Origin: Heterodontus francisci
Lineage: Eukaryota
Reading direction: 5' to 3'
NCBI RefSeq assembly: GCF_036365525.1
Contig: NC_090397.1
Coordinates: 69,445,781-69,509,780, forward strand
DNA: 64,000 nt
A program made the position numbers and the translations under genes. The notes below the pieces were generated by a model. That model was not told the origin of the DNA, did not search any database, and was given only the letters and a program-made list of their open reading frames with translations. Positions 50,996 to 63,312 of this stretch are shown here, one piece after another (within the stretch, counting starts at the first letter, position 1; each line of letters opens with the position of its first letter).

Positions 50996-51784
50996 ACTCT
51001 TATTGATAACATAAAACACATTCGGTCCTTTTGGAGAAATATGTCCAAAAGCACTAAAACTTAAAATGAGCTCAGAATTAAAATGTACAGAGGAAGAGGA
51101 AGGCAGAAATAGGCACATTGGTTTATCAGAAAAGGAAATTCACCTGATTTTTTTTTCATTAAAACAAGACACTTTATAAAACTGTAAATTACTTGGCCTC
51201 TTGCCAGTGCATTTCCTTTGTTTAACCTGAACTGTGTGTGTCTATTGTTTATATGGAACTGATTAACAGCAGCTATTTAAAACCACTGGCTGGAAAATTC
51301 CACTGAGCTATTCACATTCTGCTGGCACGAATTTGCCACAAGTGTGGGATTTCCGCTGCACTTCTAATGAAACAACTCCAATAGAGTAGGAGTAGCAGTG
51401 GAATGGGGAAGTTATCTTTCATACAAGTTGAGTGTCAACTTTTTAAGCTCACTGTTGGCTTTTCCAACCCTTGTGTCAGCTTGTTTGTGTTTTACAAGGA
51501 AATCAGCCTTTTCCTCAATGGCAATGAGGTGTCAATTTATCATATAATTTGAGCCTATCAGAACCAGGCAGGATTGCAACCAATCAAACACAGCTTTCTC
51601 CTATTGTTTGCAACACACAAACTGGAGGCAGGAAAATGTAAAATTTGTTGTTGCTTTCTGAGAATCCCAATTATGTGTTTCTTTTCCTTTGTATTCGTTC
51701 ATGGGATGTGGGCATTGCTGGCAAGGCCAGCATTTATTGCCCATTCCTAACTGCCCTTGAGAAGGTGGTGGTGATCTGCATGAC

Positions 51785-53925
51785 ATATGAACATATGAAT
51801 TAGGAGCATGAGTAGGCCACTCGGCCCCTCGAGCCTCCTCCGCTATTCAACAAGATCATGGCTAATCTGATTGTAACCTCAAATCCACATTTCCACCTAC
51901 CCCAAATCACCTTCCACCCCCTTACTTATCAACAATCGATCTACCTCTGCATTAAAAATATTTAAAGACTCTGCTTCCACCGCCTTTTGAGGAAGAGAAT
52001 TCCAAAGATTCACGACCCTCTGAGAGAAAAAATTTCTCCTCATCTCTGTCTTAAATGGGCGACCCCTTATTTTTAAACAGTGACCCCTAGTTTTAGATTC
52101 TCCCAAAAGAGGATATATCCTTTCCACATCCACCCTGTCAAGACCCCTCAGAATCCTATATGTTTCAATCAAGTCGCCTCTTACTCTTCTATATTCCAGC
52201 AGATACAAGCTTAGCCTGTCCAATCTTTCCTTGTAAGACAACACACCCATTCCAGGTATTAGTCGAGTAAACCTTCTCTGAACTTCTTCCAATGCATTTA
52301 CATCCTTAATTAAATAAGGAGACCAGTACTGTACACAGTACTCCAGATGTGGTCTCACCAATGCCCTGTATATCTGAAGCATAACCTCCCTACTTTTGTA
52401 TTCAATTCCCCTTGCAATAAATGGTAAACATTCTACTAGCTTTCCTAATTACTTGCTGTACCTGCATACTAACCTTTTGTGATTCATGCACGAGGACACC
52501 CAGATCCCTCTGCATCTCAGAGCTCTGCAATCTCTCACCATTTAGATAATAAGCTTCCTTTTTATTCTTCCTGCCAAAATGGACAATTACACATTTTCCC
52601 ACATTATACTCCATTTGCCAGATCTTTGCCCACTCACTTAACCTATCTATATCCCTTTGTAGCCCTCTTATGTCCTCTTCACAACTTATTTTCCTACCTA
52701 ACTTTGTGTCATCAGCAAATTTAGCAACCATAGCTTCGGTCCCTTCATCCAAGTCATTTATATAAATGGTAAATAGTTGAGGCCCCAGCACTGATCCCTG
52801 TGGCACACCACTCGTCACATCTTGCCAAACATAAAATGACCCATTTATGCCTACTCTCTGTTTCCTGTTAGCTAGCCAATCTTCTATCCCTTTCAATATG
52901 TTACCCTCTATACCATGAGAGAGGGGAACATGCAGCGAGACCTGGGTGTTCTCGTATACCAGTCGCGGAAGGTAAGCATGCAGGTACAACAGGCGGTAAA
53001 AACAGCAAATGGTATGTTGGCCTTCATTGCGAGAGGATTCGAGTACAGGAGCAGGGATGTCTTGCTGCAATTATACAGGGCCTTGGTGAGGCCATACCTG
53101 GAATATTGTGTGCAGTTTTGGTCTCCTTATTTGAGGAAGGATGTTCTTGCTATCGAGGGAGTGCAGTGAAGGTTTACCAGACTGATTCCTGGGATGGCAG
53201 GAATGACATATGAGGAGAGATTGAATCGGTTAGGATTATATTCGCTGGAGTTCGGAAGAGTGAGGGAGGATCTCATAGAAACCTATAAAATTCTAATAGG
53301 ACTTGACAGGGTAGATGCAGGAAGGATGTTCCCGATGGTGGGGGAGTCCAGAACCAGGGGTCACAGTCTAAAGATACAGGGTAAACCTTTCAGGGCTGAG
53401 ATGAGGAGAAATTTCTTCACCCAGAGAGTGGTGAGCCTGTGGAATTCGCTACCACAGAAAGCAGTTGAGGCCAAAAGGGCTGAATGGCCTACTCCTGCTC
53501 CTATTTTCTATGAGCTTTTATTTTCCGCAATAACCTTTGATGGGTCAGCTTATCAAATGCCTTCTGGAAAGCTAAGTACAGGTTCCCCTTCATCCACAGC
53601 ACAAGTTACTTCTTCAAAGAACTCCAATAAATTGGTTAAACATGATTTCCCTTTCACAAAACCATGTTGACTCTGCCTGATTACCTTGAATTTTTCTAAA
53701 TGCCCTGCTAAAACATGTTTAATAATAGCTTCCAACATTTTCCCTGTGACAGTTATTAAGCTAACTGGTTATAGTTTTCTGCTTTCTGTCTCCCTCCCTT
53801 TTTGAATAAAGGAGTTACATTGGCTATTTTCCAATCTAATGGAACCATCCCCGAATCTGGGGAATGTTGTAAAATTAAAACCATTGCATCAACTATCTCA
53901 CTAGCCACTTCTTTTAACACCCTAT
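51785..53925 (-). mobile_element. CR1 (RT region, frameshifted) interrupted by an opposite-strand CR1
   Basis: WKIANVTPLFKKGGR, QSQHGFVKGKSCLTNLLEFFE, GVPQGSVLGP, FADDTKLG, RPHLEYC peptides. Confidence 0.92.
52920..53509 (+). mobile_element. CR1 3' fragment nested in CR1
   Basis: QRDLGVLV...RPYLEYCVQFWSP peptide; ATGAG duplicated at 52915-52919 and 53510-53514. Confidence 0.88.
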
Positions 53926-53934
53926 GACCCTTTA

Positions 53935-54190
53935 ACAGCCTTCTTGAACTGCTGCAGTCCACCATGGGGTGTAGGTACACCCACAGTGCTGTTAGGAAGG
54001 GAGTTCCAGGATTTTGACCCAGCAACAGTGAAGGAACGGCGATATAGTTCCAAGTCAGGATGGTGTGTGACTTGGAGGGGAACTTGCAGGTGGTGGTGTT
54101 CCCATGTATTTGCTGCCCTTCTCCTTCTAGGTGGTAAAGGTCGCAGGTTTGGAAGTTGCTGTTGAAAGCCCCTTGGTGAGTTGCTGCAGT
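53935..54190 (-). mobile_element. LINE family B fragment; its tail continues at 51690-51778
   Basis: GAGAAGGTGGTGGTGATCTGC (51760) and GCCTTCTTGAACTGCTGCAGTCC (53938) are contiguous in family B, so the CR1 block was inserted into it. Confidence 0.8.
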
Positions 54191-55188
54191 GTATTTAATT
54201 AATGTTTATTGTTCCAAAAGGTACATATAACGAATAAGCTCCCAAAGACACAGCTTCCAAAAATGTTTTTTATGCCATTCCAAAGCAACTATCTGGGATT
54301 TATTTGTTGTCTAACATGAGGGCTTATTTTCTTCAATACTGGTTGCAACTCATGTTTTTTTGAGATAAGGTTGAATACAGTAAGTGGGTTAATTTGATCA
54401 TTTCTGTGACTTGTAGTTGTGGAACTGCCAAGGTTTTGAAAATCGGAGAGTCTTGGAATGGTTATGCACAGAAGGAGGCCATTTGGCCCAACAAGTCTGT
54501 GCTGGCTCTCTGCAAGAGCAACTTACCTAGTTCCACTCTGCCGCCCTTTCCCCATAACTCTGCAATTTTTTTCCCTAGAACATTGACAGGCTGTTTGCAC
54601 GCTCACGTTTAGACCCAGGAACCTGCAGGGAAGCAGACTTCCCAGGCACCTCCTCAGCCTAATGACAGGAAAATAGGGCAGGGCCAAAGCTAAATTCAAC
54701 TGTGCAAAGCCCAATCTATCCCTATTTCAGCACTGCAAACACAGCCTCTCTAGAACGGGTCATTAGATAGAGATCAGAGCAGCAAACGTGCTTGATTTCC
54801 CCCTTTCTCGCCTTGAAACATTGAGGTTGATTAAAGCACTTGGACTGCCACATCAGCTGATGCTGATCCATTGAGAACACAACAGAGATTAAAGCTGTCA
54901 CCCTTTCTGGTCTGTTTGCCTCAGTACCAGGCAATGTCATGGAGGTCAACTGACAACAGTTTCACATGGATTATCAGCTTTTGGGGCAATGTCAGATGTT
55001 CCGACAAAAAAAAATCAATGTTGCTACAGCCCCTTCTCCTCTCAGTCCTACTCCTTCTTAGTCCACTCGGTAAAGGATCCACTGGGGGCCTAACTGTTCC
55101 TGAGACACTATCAATGCTAATGGGACAGGAATGCAGCCGTCCTGTGCTGGAGGTGGGAACTCTCACGGAGCAGAAGTTCCCACCCATA

Positions 55189-55980
55189 GGGCCGGCTTTC
55201 AACACGCCCTTGACGTTCGGTTCCATAGCGGTGGGGGGGGCCTGAAGATGGATCTGGATGAGGTCACCATGTACTGCAACGCCGGCAGGGCCCGGCCTGT
55301 GGCGACCCCCGCCGCTGGGTGACAGGACCACAAATTAAATATGCAGAGCAATAAAGTTAATACGTTTAATACACTTACCTCCAACCTTGAGGGCCCGCCG
55401 CGATCTTCGGTGCAGCGGCCAGCGCTCCCGCACCTTCAGATCCCCGTCCGGGGAAATGCGGCGCCACACTGGTGGGGAGGGGGTAGGAGGTAGGTTTGTC
55501 AGTGTGGGAGGGGAGGGGGACGGGGTCAAATAGATGTAATGGGTGTAGGGGATGCTGGGAAGGGTTGAACCTTAAACTTTTTGCAGTTTCGGAGTGGGAA
55601 AGGTCAGATGTGAAAGGTGAGTGTTTTGGGGGAGTGGGAAGGAGCAATTAGTTATTGTAATTGTTTTTTGGGATGGGTGGGAAAGGGGCAAAATAAATGT
55701 ATGTATTTAATTGTGGGAGGTTCTTTCTTTAAAAATTTAAATATGCCGTCTGGGCTGGCTGCCCTTTAAAAATGGCGCCAGTGCCTGCGCACAGGGAGCT
55801 GACGCAATTGCCGGGGATGGACATCCCGCCCCTCCATGCGATTGGGGGGGGGGTGGAGGGTGGGCTGTCTCGGCTATGTAAATGAGCCGCCACGCGTAAG
55901 ATTGCGGCAGCTCTTTGGCGTGCGGCCCACCACTTTTGGAGCTCACCGCCGATCTCAGCGGTGGGCTCAAAATCCAGCCC
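55189..55980. mobile_element. PIF/Harbinger-like non-autonomous element
   Basis: Termini GGGCCGGCTTT / AAAATCCAGCCC; 3-bp TSD ATA; CpG-rich interior. Confidence 0.7.
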
Positions 55981-56622
55981 ATAAGATGTGGGAGCAGCGA
56001 TGTTTGAAGTGACATGGAGAAAAACAGGCAGCAGAGAAATGAGAGAGGGAGAATCGACGGAAGTGAGGCGAGAGGCAAGGATAGGTCGAAATGAGAAGGG
56101 AGGATGGGTCGATGGTGGCGAAAGGAGAAAGGAGGATGGATGGAAATGGGAGTAGAGGGAAGGTTGGACAGAAATAAGAAGGGAAGATGATGGCAGTGTG
56201 TAAAATGAGAGGAAGGATGTCAGTGGGAGTTTGAATCGCAGTTTATTTCAAAACCCTAGAAAATGCACCAAATTCTGTAAAAGAAAATATCAAAATTTCC
56301 TTGGCGGGGGTTGGAGTGTGTTAATGCCACTAGATGCCCTATGAAAGAAATTTCGCACAATCAGATCTTATCTCCACTTTTAAAAAATTCTAAACTCACC
56401 ACTTTTAAAAATGGGTATATGCAGTTATGCAATCAATGGAATCTTGGGTATCCCTGCAGCATAGATCATATCAAACCCATGTCCCTCTGTACTCTCAGTC
56501 TAATTTCTTGGCTTCATGTGCCTTAAGTCTATATTCCGAGTTGTGTTTGAACTGTCAGCTTTTTTGTAAGTTGATGAGTCAGCTTTTACTAGTTTTCTAG
56601 GCTGGCATTTATAATTTAATGT

Positions 56623-57524
56623 TGTTATGCAGACCCCCACCTGCCAAGAATGAGGCATATTAATTTTGTCATATGAACATGATTTTTAAACTGTTGCTGG
56701 AGTGAAGAAGTGGCTTGTTTGAAGATCACCAGACACTGGCCTGGAAGGACCTTTGCATAATAAGAGACGCTGCTTATGGAGACAAAGGACTATTCCCTGA
56801 TCCAATTAACCCAAATGGATTTTGATCACCAGATATTGAGAGAGCAAAGAGAAGCAATCCAGGGTCTGCTATGATAATACAAAGCACAAACCTCGCAGGA
56901 GAGACTGTTCCAAATAAGGAGCTAGTCACATGACTAACCTGCTGGGCAACCTGGGGTTTTTGAATTGTGCCACACAGAAAGGAACAGAAGGCAATTTTGC
57001 AACTGAAACTGGAACAAGACAGCCTCTCTCTCGCTTTCTCCCGAGCCACTGGATCCACGGAAGACACGTAAACCTCAAAGGAGAAAAGACTCCAACATCG
57101 AAACAAGTTGAAGCGTGAACTGGGCCCCAATGAATAACAGGACTTACCGGCAGTTAAAGCCTCCATATTGAACTCAAAGGACCGTAAATAACTAACAGAT
57201 ATTGCCTCAACTTTTTCCCCTTGATTCTTTCTACTTTTTCTGTCTCTATCTGCATGTGTTTATCGCATATGCATGCTAGCATGGTCGCATTGCATATTCG
57301 TAGTCATTAACCGGATTAGAGTTTAAGATGAATAAACTTCTACCTTTCTTGCTTAAATCTAAGGAAACCTGTCTGATTTCTTTGTCTTACAACTGGAGCA
57401 GTGAACAAGGATTCACTGAAGGGGGAGCTAAAAACATGGTGTTTCTAAAATTAAACCCTGTTACAGTTAAACCAGGCAAAGGCTGAGAGGGAACCCCTAG
57501 ACCCCTTCTCACCTGGTCGTAACA
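56623..57524 (+). mobile_element. Solo LTR (ERV or Gypsy type), 902 bp
   Basis: TGTTATG...CGTAACA inverted termini; 4-bp TSD ATGT at 56619-56622 and 57525-57528; AATAAA at 57331. Confidence 0.8.
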
Positions 57525-57643
57525 ATGTACTTTGAAAAGGAATTATTTAAAAAAATTCCTCACACTTTTCTGTTAACTGTTTGGTAAGCCGGGTGTCTTG
57601 ATGCAGGCAGTTTCCCTTCCTCCCCTGGAGATGTCACAGGCAC

Positions 57644-57980
57644 CAACAGCTCTCCATGACCTCGCCAACAGCTCTCCAGTACCTCACCAGCAGCTCTCCA
57701 CCACCTCACCAGCAGCGCTTCACCACCTCACCAACAGCTCTCCACCACCTCACCAGCAGCTTTCCAGTATCTCATCAACAGCTCTCCACCACCTCACCAG
57801 CAGCTTTCCAGTACCTCATCAACAGCTCTCCACCACCTCACCAGCAGCTCTCCATCACTTCAAAAGCAGCTCTCCAGTACCTCACTAGCAGCTCTCCACC
57901 ACCTCACCAGCAGCTCTCCATGACCTCACCAGCAGCTCTCCACCACCTCACCAGCAGCTCTCCACCACCTCACCAGAGCA
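57644..57980. repeat. 22-bp minisatellite, about 15 copies
   Basis: Unit CAGCTCTCCACCACCTCACCAG with variants. Confidence 0.95.
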
Positions 57981-58029
57981 GTGTTGTTCGTGTGTGAGTC
58001 TGGACAGGACAGTGCGTGACAGCAGATTA

Positions 58030-58735
58030 ATTGAGATGCTCTTACGATCTGGAATGCACTCTGAAACAGCGGTGGAAGCAGTTTCAATGTTACCTTTCAA
58101 CTGGGATGAATACTTAAAAAATTAAAATGCTCTGGGGAAAGAGTGGGTCATTGGGACTAATTAGATAGCTCTTAAAAGGAACCGGCAGAAGCACGATGGG
58201 CCAAATGGCCTCCTTCTGTGCTGTATGAGTCTATGATTATTCTACAACAACAACTTGTATTTATATAGCGCCTTTAACATAGTAAAACATCCCAAAGTGC
58301 TTCGCAGGAGCGTTCTCAATCAAAATTTGATACCAAGCCACATGTGGAGATATTTGAGCAGCGTGTCAAAAGGTGGGCTTTAAGGAGCATTTTACACAAT
58401 GAAGTAGAGGGAGAGAGGCAGAGAGGGAATTTTGGGAGGGAATTCCGGAGTTCAGGTGTTGGCAGCTGAAGGCACAGCCACCAATGGGGGAGTGATTAAA
58501 ATTGAGAACGCTCAAGAAACCAAAACTGGAGGAGCACAGATATCTCGGAGGGTTGTGGGGCTGGAGGAGGTTACGGAGATAGAGAGGGGCGATGCCATGG
58601 ACAGATTTGAATATAAGGATGAGAATTTTAAAATTGAGATGTTTCCAGACCGGGAGCCAATATAGGTCAGCGAGCACAGGGGTGATGGGTGAACGGGATT
58701 TGGTGCCAGTTAAGGCATGGGCAGCGGAGGTTTGG
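58030..58735. mobile_element. CR1 tail (+, to about 58235) tail-to-tail with an L2 fragment (-, 58243-58735)
   Basis: GGGCCAAATGGCCTCCTTCTGTGCTG; TKSRSPITPVLADLYWLPVWKHLNFKILILIFKSVHGIAPLYL peptide. Confidence 0.85.
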
Positions 58736-60069
58736 ATTATCAGAGAGCGCTGTAGACGAACTTGGTCCCGATCTCCCACTCTGCCTCCAGTATCACCCCT
58801 CCCCCAACTCCCCACCTCCATGCACAGGTACACGGAGAAGACTTTCAAACACAGGCCCAAGGACAGCAATGGGAAACCCCATTGTATTGTTTTCCCTCGC
58901 TCCGTCACATCTCTGCTGCTGAGGATACATCGCAGGCTGGGGACTGATCCTAGGGACTTGCCTGTCAGAATGCCTCACTCCTACCCTGGGTAACACGTCA
59001 ACACAGGAGTTCCAGAAATCATTTGACTTGGTAAGCTTCTCTGCTCAGTTATGGACAATAAATTTGCATCTGAACTCTTCCCTCACAATCTTTTGCTGGG
59101 CACGCATTTCAGTAATTTAGTGATAAACCATCAAAATCCCAAAGGAATAAACAAAATTTCCACAAATAAACAAATTAATTGAAAGCTCTGGACTACTGTA
59201 GTTGGCCTGAAAACTTGAGATTGGCTTTAAACAAATACACAGTGGGGATAAAATAAACAGCTATGGCAAAGTATTTAATAAACGCTCTTGGCAGGAGCCT
59301 TTGTTTCTGTTTAATTTACTGCTTCTATGCATTCTTCCTGTTCAAATGGTGAATTTTGCACTGTTTACAAGCTACATTCCAAGTTTTAATTAAAATTACA
59401 ACTTGTTTTATGTGGTTCTTGTGGAGCTCTTTGCTTCAAGTACACCCTATTTGCACACAACTTGCCAAGCTGTTAAAGGACTTTTAAACTTTCTGTCTCT
59501 TATCACTGTAATTTATTCATTGTGACTCAACTTCAGAGTTTATTACAAGACCATCAAAGGACAAGCTCAGGCCCATGTCAAAATGTTTGCGTGTTTTTAG
59601 TTTCTTTGCTCTCACGCCGTGTAATGTAAGAATTAATTTTGTGGTGGGAGGAGGTTTAGCAGTTAGAAGAGTAATTATGTAACCAAAACCTGTCCAAGCT
59701 GTCGGACAGAACAAAGGCTGCAGGAATAATGTTTCTGTGTATAAAACAAACCCCCTTCATACTGCTGTGATTCAGAGTGCTGGCATTTGATACAGATCTA
59801 CCAGGAAATTCTTTTAGATAATATTTCAAATGTTGTGTTGCAGAATGTGTTCTATTTACCAAAGTTCCTGTCTTTCTCATCCCTGCAATTTTCTCCTGAG
59901 TGTTACTGACCTCCGCTGGTTAAGGGGTTCTATGGAAGCGTGCTGCCCACCAGTTCATCACCAAGTGACTACTCCTCTTGGGGGAGCTCCACCCCATGAG
60001 TGTTGGCAGGATGTTTGGCTGTGGCTGTGTGACAACTAAGCTCAATTTGGTCCTTACCCAATTTCACAG

Positions 60070-60515
60070 GGTCAGCTGTGGCATAGTCAGTAACACTCTT
60101 GTCTCTCAGGCAGGTTATGGGTTCAGTCCCACTCCAAGACTTGAGCACAAAAATCTAGGTTGACGGTCTAGTGCAGTACTGAGGGAGTGATGCGCTGTCA
60201 GAGGTGCTGTCTTTCAGATAAGATACTAAACAGAGGGCTTGCCTGCTCTCTCAGGTGGATGTAGAAGACCCACGGGCACTATTTTGAAGAAGAGCAGGGG
60301 GAGTTCTCCCTGGTGTCCTGGCCAATAGTTATCCTTCAATCAACATCACAAAAACAGATTAGCTGGTCATCGTCTCATTGCTGTTTGTGGGAGCTTGCTG
60401 TGCACAAATTGACTGCTGTGTTTCCTACTTTACAACAGTGACTGTACTTCATTGGCTGTAAAGTATTTGGGGATATCCTGTGGTTGTGAAAGGCGCTATA
60501 TAAATGCAAGTCTTT
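60070..60515 (+). mobile_element. Deu-domain SINE, near full length
   Basis: GGTTCAGTCCCACTCC head, CTCTCAGGTGGATGTAGAAGACCC core, GTGAAAGGCGCTATATAAATGCAAGTC tail. Confidence 0.85.
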
Positions 60516-61324
60516 TGTTTTCAGCACGTCTACCTTTCCAGCAAGGCTTCCCGGACAACATTCGGAGCAGGAATACTGCTTTGGCTTTTGCTTTTCCTTC
60601 CTGACCGAGAGGCAGGGCAGCGTCTGCCACTCATAGTGAAACCAATAAACAGCAGGGATTAAAGTTACAACCTTCCTGATCTACAGGCTCAGCTTGGCTC
60701 TGGGTCCTGTGGTTCCCAATTCAGCTGCTGCAGCAGACGTATAAGATCAGTTTAAGATGAGTCACGGCGTGGTTTGCAGAGTAATTATTTAAGACAAATG
60801 AGCATTAGTTTATAGCATCTGAAATCAATTCAGCAATATTAATTGACTGTGCGCTAGTAAAAATGGATCTCCCATACTGAGCATAAGTACTGGATAAATT
60901 AAACAAACATTTTGTACTTTTTGTATTTATCATTTTGGAAAGTTATTAATGTGTGAAAAACACATCAAATGCCATCTGCACATACTGATGGCTGCCACAA
61001 TGCATAATAATTTTAGGATTGGCTAGCACTTCATCAGCCTAAAGCATATAGTAATGCAATATGTCATCCATATTATACCATAAATCAGAAATCTAAACTG
61101 GAACCATCAGCCCAGAACGACACTAAAGCAATAGTCACCTTCGAACCAATCTTTGTACTGCCGATCTCAGTTAAAACTCTATGTCACAAGCCTTCTGAAC
61201 AAACACAAAAATACTGGGCACAAACACAGTAGAAGTCAAAGGCACCTCGATAATGAAACAACCATCCTTTGATCTCGCTCACACCAAACCCTGATCTGAG
61301 AGAGTAGGTCTCAAAATAGAGCGA

Positions 61325-61645
61325 ATTGACCTGGGTTCAAATCCTAACACAGCAGCTGGCAACTTAAATTCAGTTAATAAATAAATCTGGAATAAAAAGC
61401 TAGTATCAGTAACGGTCACCATGTAATTACGGGATTGTCGTGAAAGCTCATCCGGTTCACTAATGTGCGTTCGGGAAAGAGTCTGCTGTCCTTCTCTGGT
61501 CTGCTGTCTATGTAACTCCTGACCCACAGCAATGTGGTTGACTATAAAAGGGCTTTGCAAGCCACTCAGTTGAGGGCAATTAGGGATGGACAATAAATGC
61601 TGGCCTTAACAGCAATGGCCGCATCCTGTGAATGAATACAAAAAT
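61325..61645 (+). mobile_element. Family-B-tailed tRNA SINE
   Basis: GGGTTCAAATCC...AATCTGGAATAAAAAGCTAG...GGGCAATTAGGGATGGACAATAAATGCTGGCC. Confidence 0.75.
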
Positions 61646-61824
61646 AATATGTCTTAACGGAGGCAATAAAACTCGCAGTATATTTATTGTATTCTCTCAG
61701 ACATGGGAAGTCATTCCCTGTGTGTCCACAGCCTTGCTTACCTCTAGGAGCAAAAAGCTTCCGGAAACCCAAGTTTTCTTAGAGAGTCCAAGAAAACGTG
61801 AAGAAGGTAGGCATGGGCTCTTTG

Positions 61825-62960
61825 AGTCATAGAGTCATTATGGCAAAGAATGAGACCATTTGCCCATCTAATCCATTCCGGCTCTCTGTAGAGCAATCCA
61901 ATCAGTCCCATTCCCCTGCTCTATCCATGTAGCCCTGCAAGTTTATTTCCCTCATGTGCCCATCCAATTTCCTTTTGAAATCATTCATCATCTCCGCTTC
62001 CACCACCCTCCTAGGCAGCAAGTTCCAGGTCATCACCACTCACTGCGTAAAAAAATTCTTCCTCACATTCCCCCCTGCATCTCTTTCCCAAAACCTTCAA
62101 TCTATGTCCTCTCGTCATTGTGCCGTCAGCTAATGGAACAGCAATTCATTGTCAACCTTATCTAAACCTGTCAAAATCTTGTTCTCTATCAAATCTCCCC
62201 TCAATTTCCTTTACTCCATGGGAAATAACCCCAGCTACTCCAACTTAACCTTGTAACTAAAATCCCTCATCCCTGGAACCATTCTGGTAAATCTCCTCTG
62301 CACCTTCTCAAGGACCCTCACATCCTTCCTAAAGTGTGGTGACCAGAACTGGACGCAAAACTCTAGTTGGGGCCTAACCAGAGCTTTAAAAAGGTTCAGC
62401 ATATCTTCCTTGCGTTTGTACTCAATATCCCTACTTATGAAGCCATGTGCTTTGCTAACTACTTTCTCAATATATCCTGCCTGCTTCAAAGTATATGCAC
62501 ATGCACCCCCAGGTCCCTCTGATCCTGCAAACTCTTTAGAACTGTGCCATGAAGTATATATTGCCTCTCCCTATGCCTTCTGCCAAAATGCATCACCTCA
62601 TACTTCTCGGTATTAAATTCCATCTGCCACTTGTCTGCCCATTCTGCTAGCCTATCTATGTCTTGTTGCAGTCGATTTGGATGATCCTCACTGACTGCCA
62701 TATGTCCAAGTTCAGCAAATTTTGAATTTTTACTCTGAAGTTCAATATCCAAGTCATTTATGTATATCAAAAAACGCAGTGGTCCTAGCTCTGACCTTTA
62801 GGGAACACCACTGTCTACCATCCTCCAGTCTGAAAAACAACCAATTACCATGACTTACTGTTTTCTGTCCTTAAGCCAATGTTTTATCCAATTGGACATT
62901 GGCCCTCCTAATTCACAAGCCTCAGTGTTTTTAACCAGCATTTTCTGTGGTACTTTGTCA
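61825..62960 (-). mobile_element. CR1 3' fragment
   Basis: IYINDLD...LQQDIDRLAEWADKWQMEFN and LVRPQLEFCVQFWSPHFRKD peptides. Confidence 0.9.
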
Positions 62961-63289
62961 AACTGAAGTTTTCTTAGACAATCCCAGCAAACACGAAGAA
63001 GGTATGCATGTGCTCTTTGTGGCACTAACAAATAATGACACTGCAGCAAAGGAAGAGAAGCAGTGCTGCATCTCAAACCTTAATGAAAGAAGACAACTCC
63101 ATCACAGCCACTTAATTTCGGCAGTCAACATTAATAGAAAACAACAGGCTGTGTATTTTCTCACATAAAGCTGTATAAATGTGTTGGCTGAAGACAGATG
63201 GTTGAAGAGCACACTCAGTTTAGCAAATAGTCACAAAGTGTTGTGTAATCTATCAAGGATCACGTGCAAAACGTTTTATTCAAACTTAC

Positions 63290-63312
63290 CTTGAATAATC
63301 TCCTTTCGCTTC
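63290..63312 (-). CDS. FRMD4A: FRMD4A small coding exon (23 nt) EAKGDYS-S
   Basis: TCTCTTCATCCTTTGCAG|GAAGCGAAAGGAGATTATTCAAG|GTAAGT; phase 0 to 2 fits the 40233 exon; FERM B-lobe GDY motif. Confidence 0.9.

Noticed and set aside
52402-53070. 222-aa RT ORF with an unusual N-terminus
   Set aside because: Chimeric read-through from the antisense of the nested CR1 into the outer CR1
57598-57997. S/P/H/Q-rich ORFs as a mucin-like gene
   Set aside because: The 22-bp unit is not a multiple of 3, so the same peptide cycles through all frames; no splice context
6708-63312. Calling the gene FRMD4B
   Set aside because: Diagnostic residues (IFQWRQ, FSVEV, RASVTRRTFGHSGIAVHTW, SKIHAARSLSEIAIDL) match my recollection of FRMD4A; BLASTp and synteny would confirm
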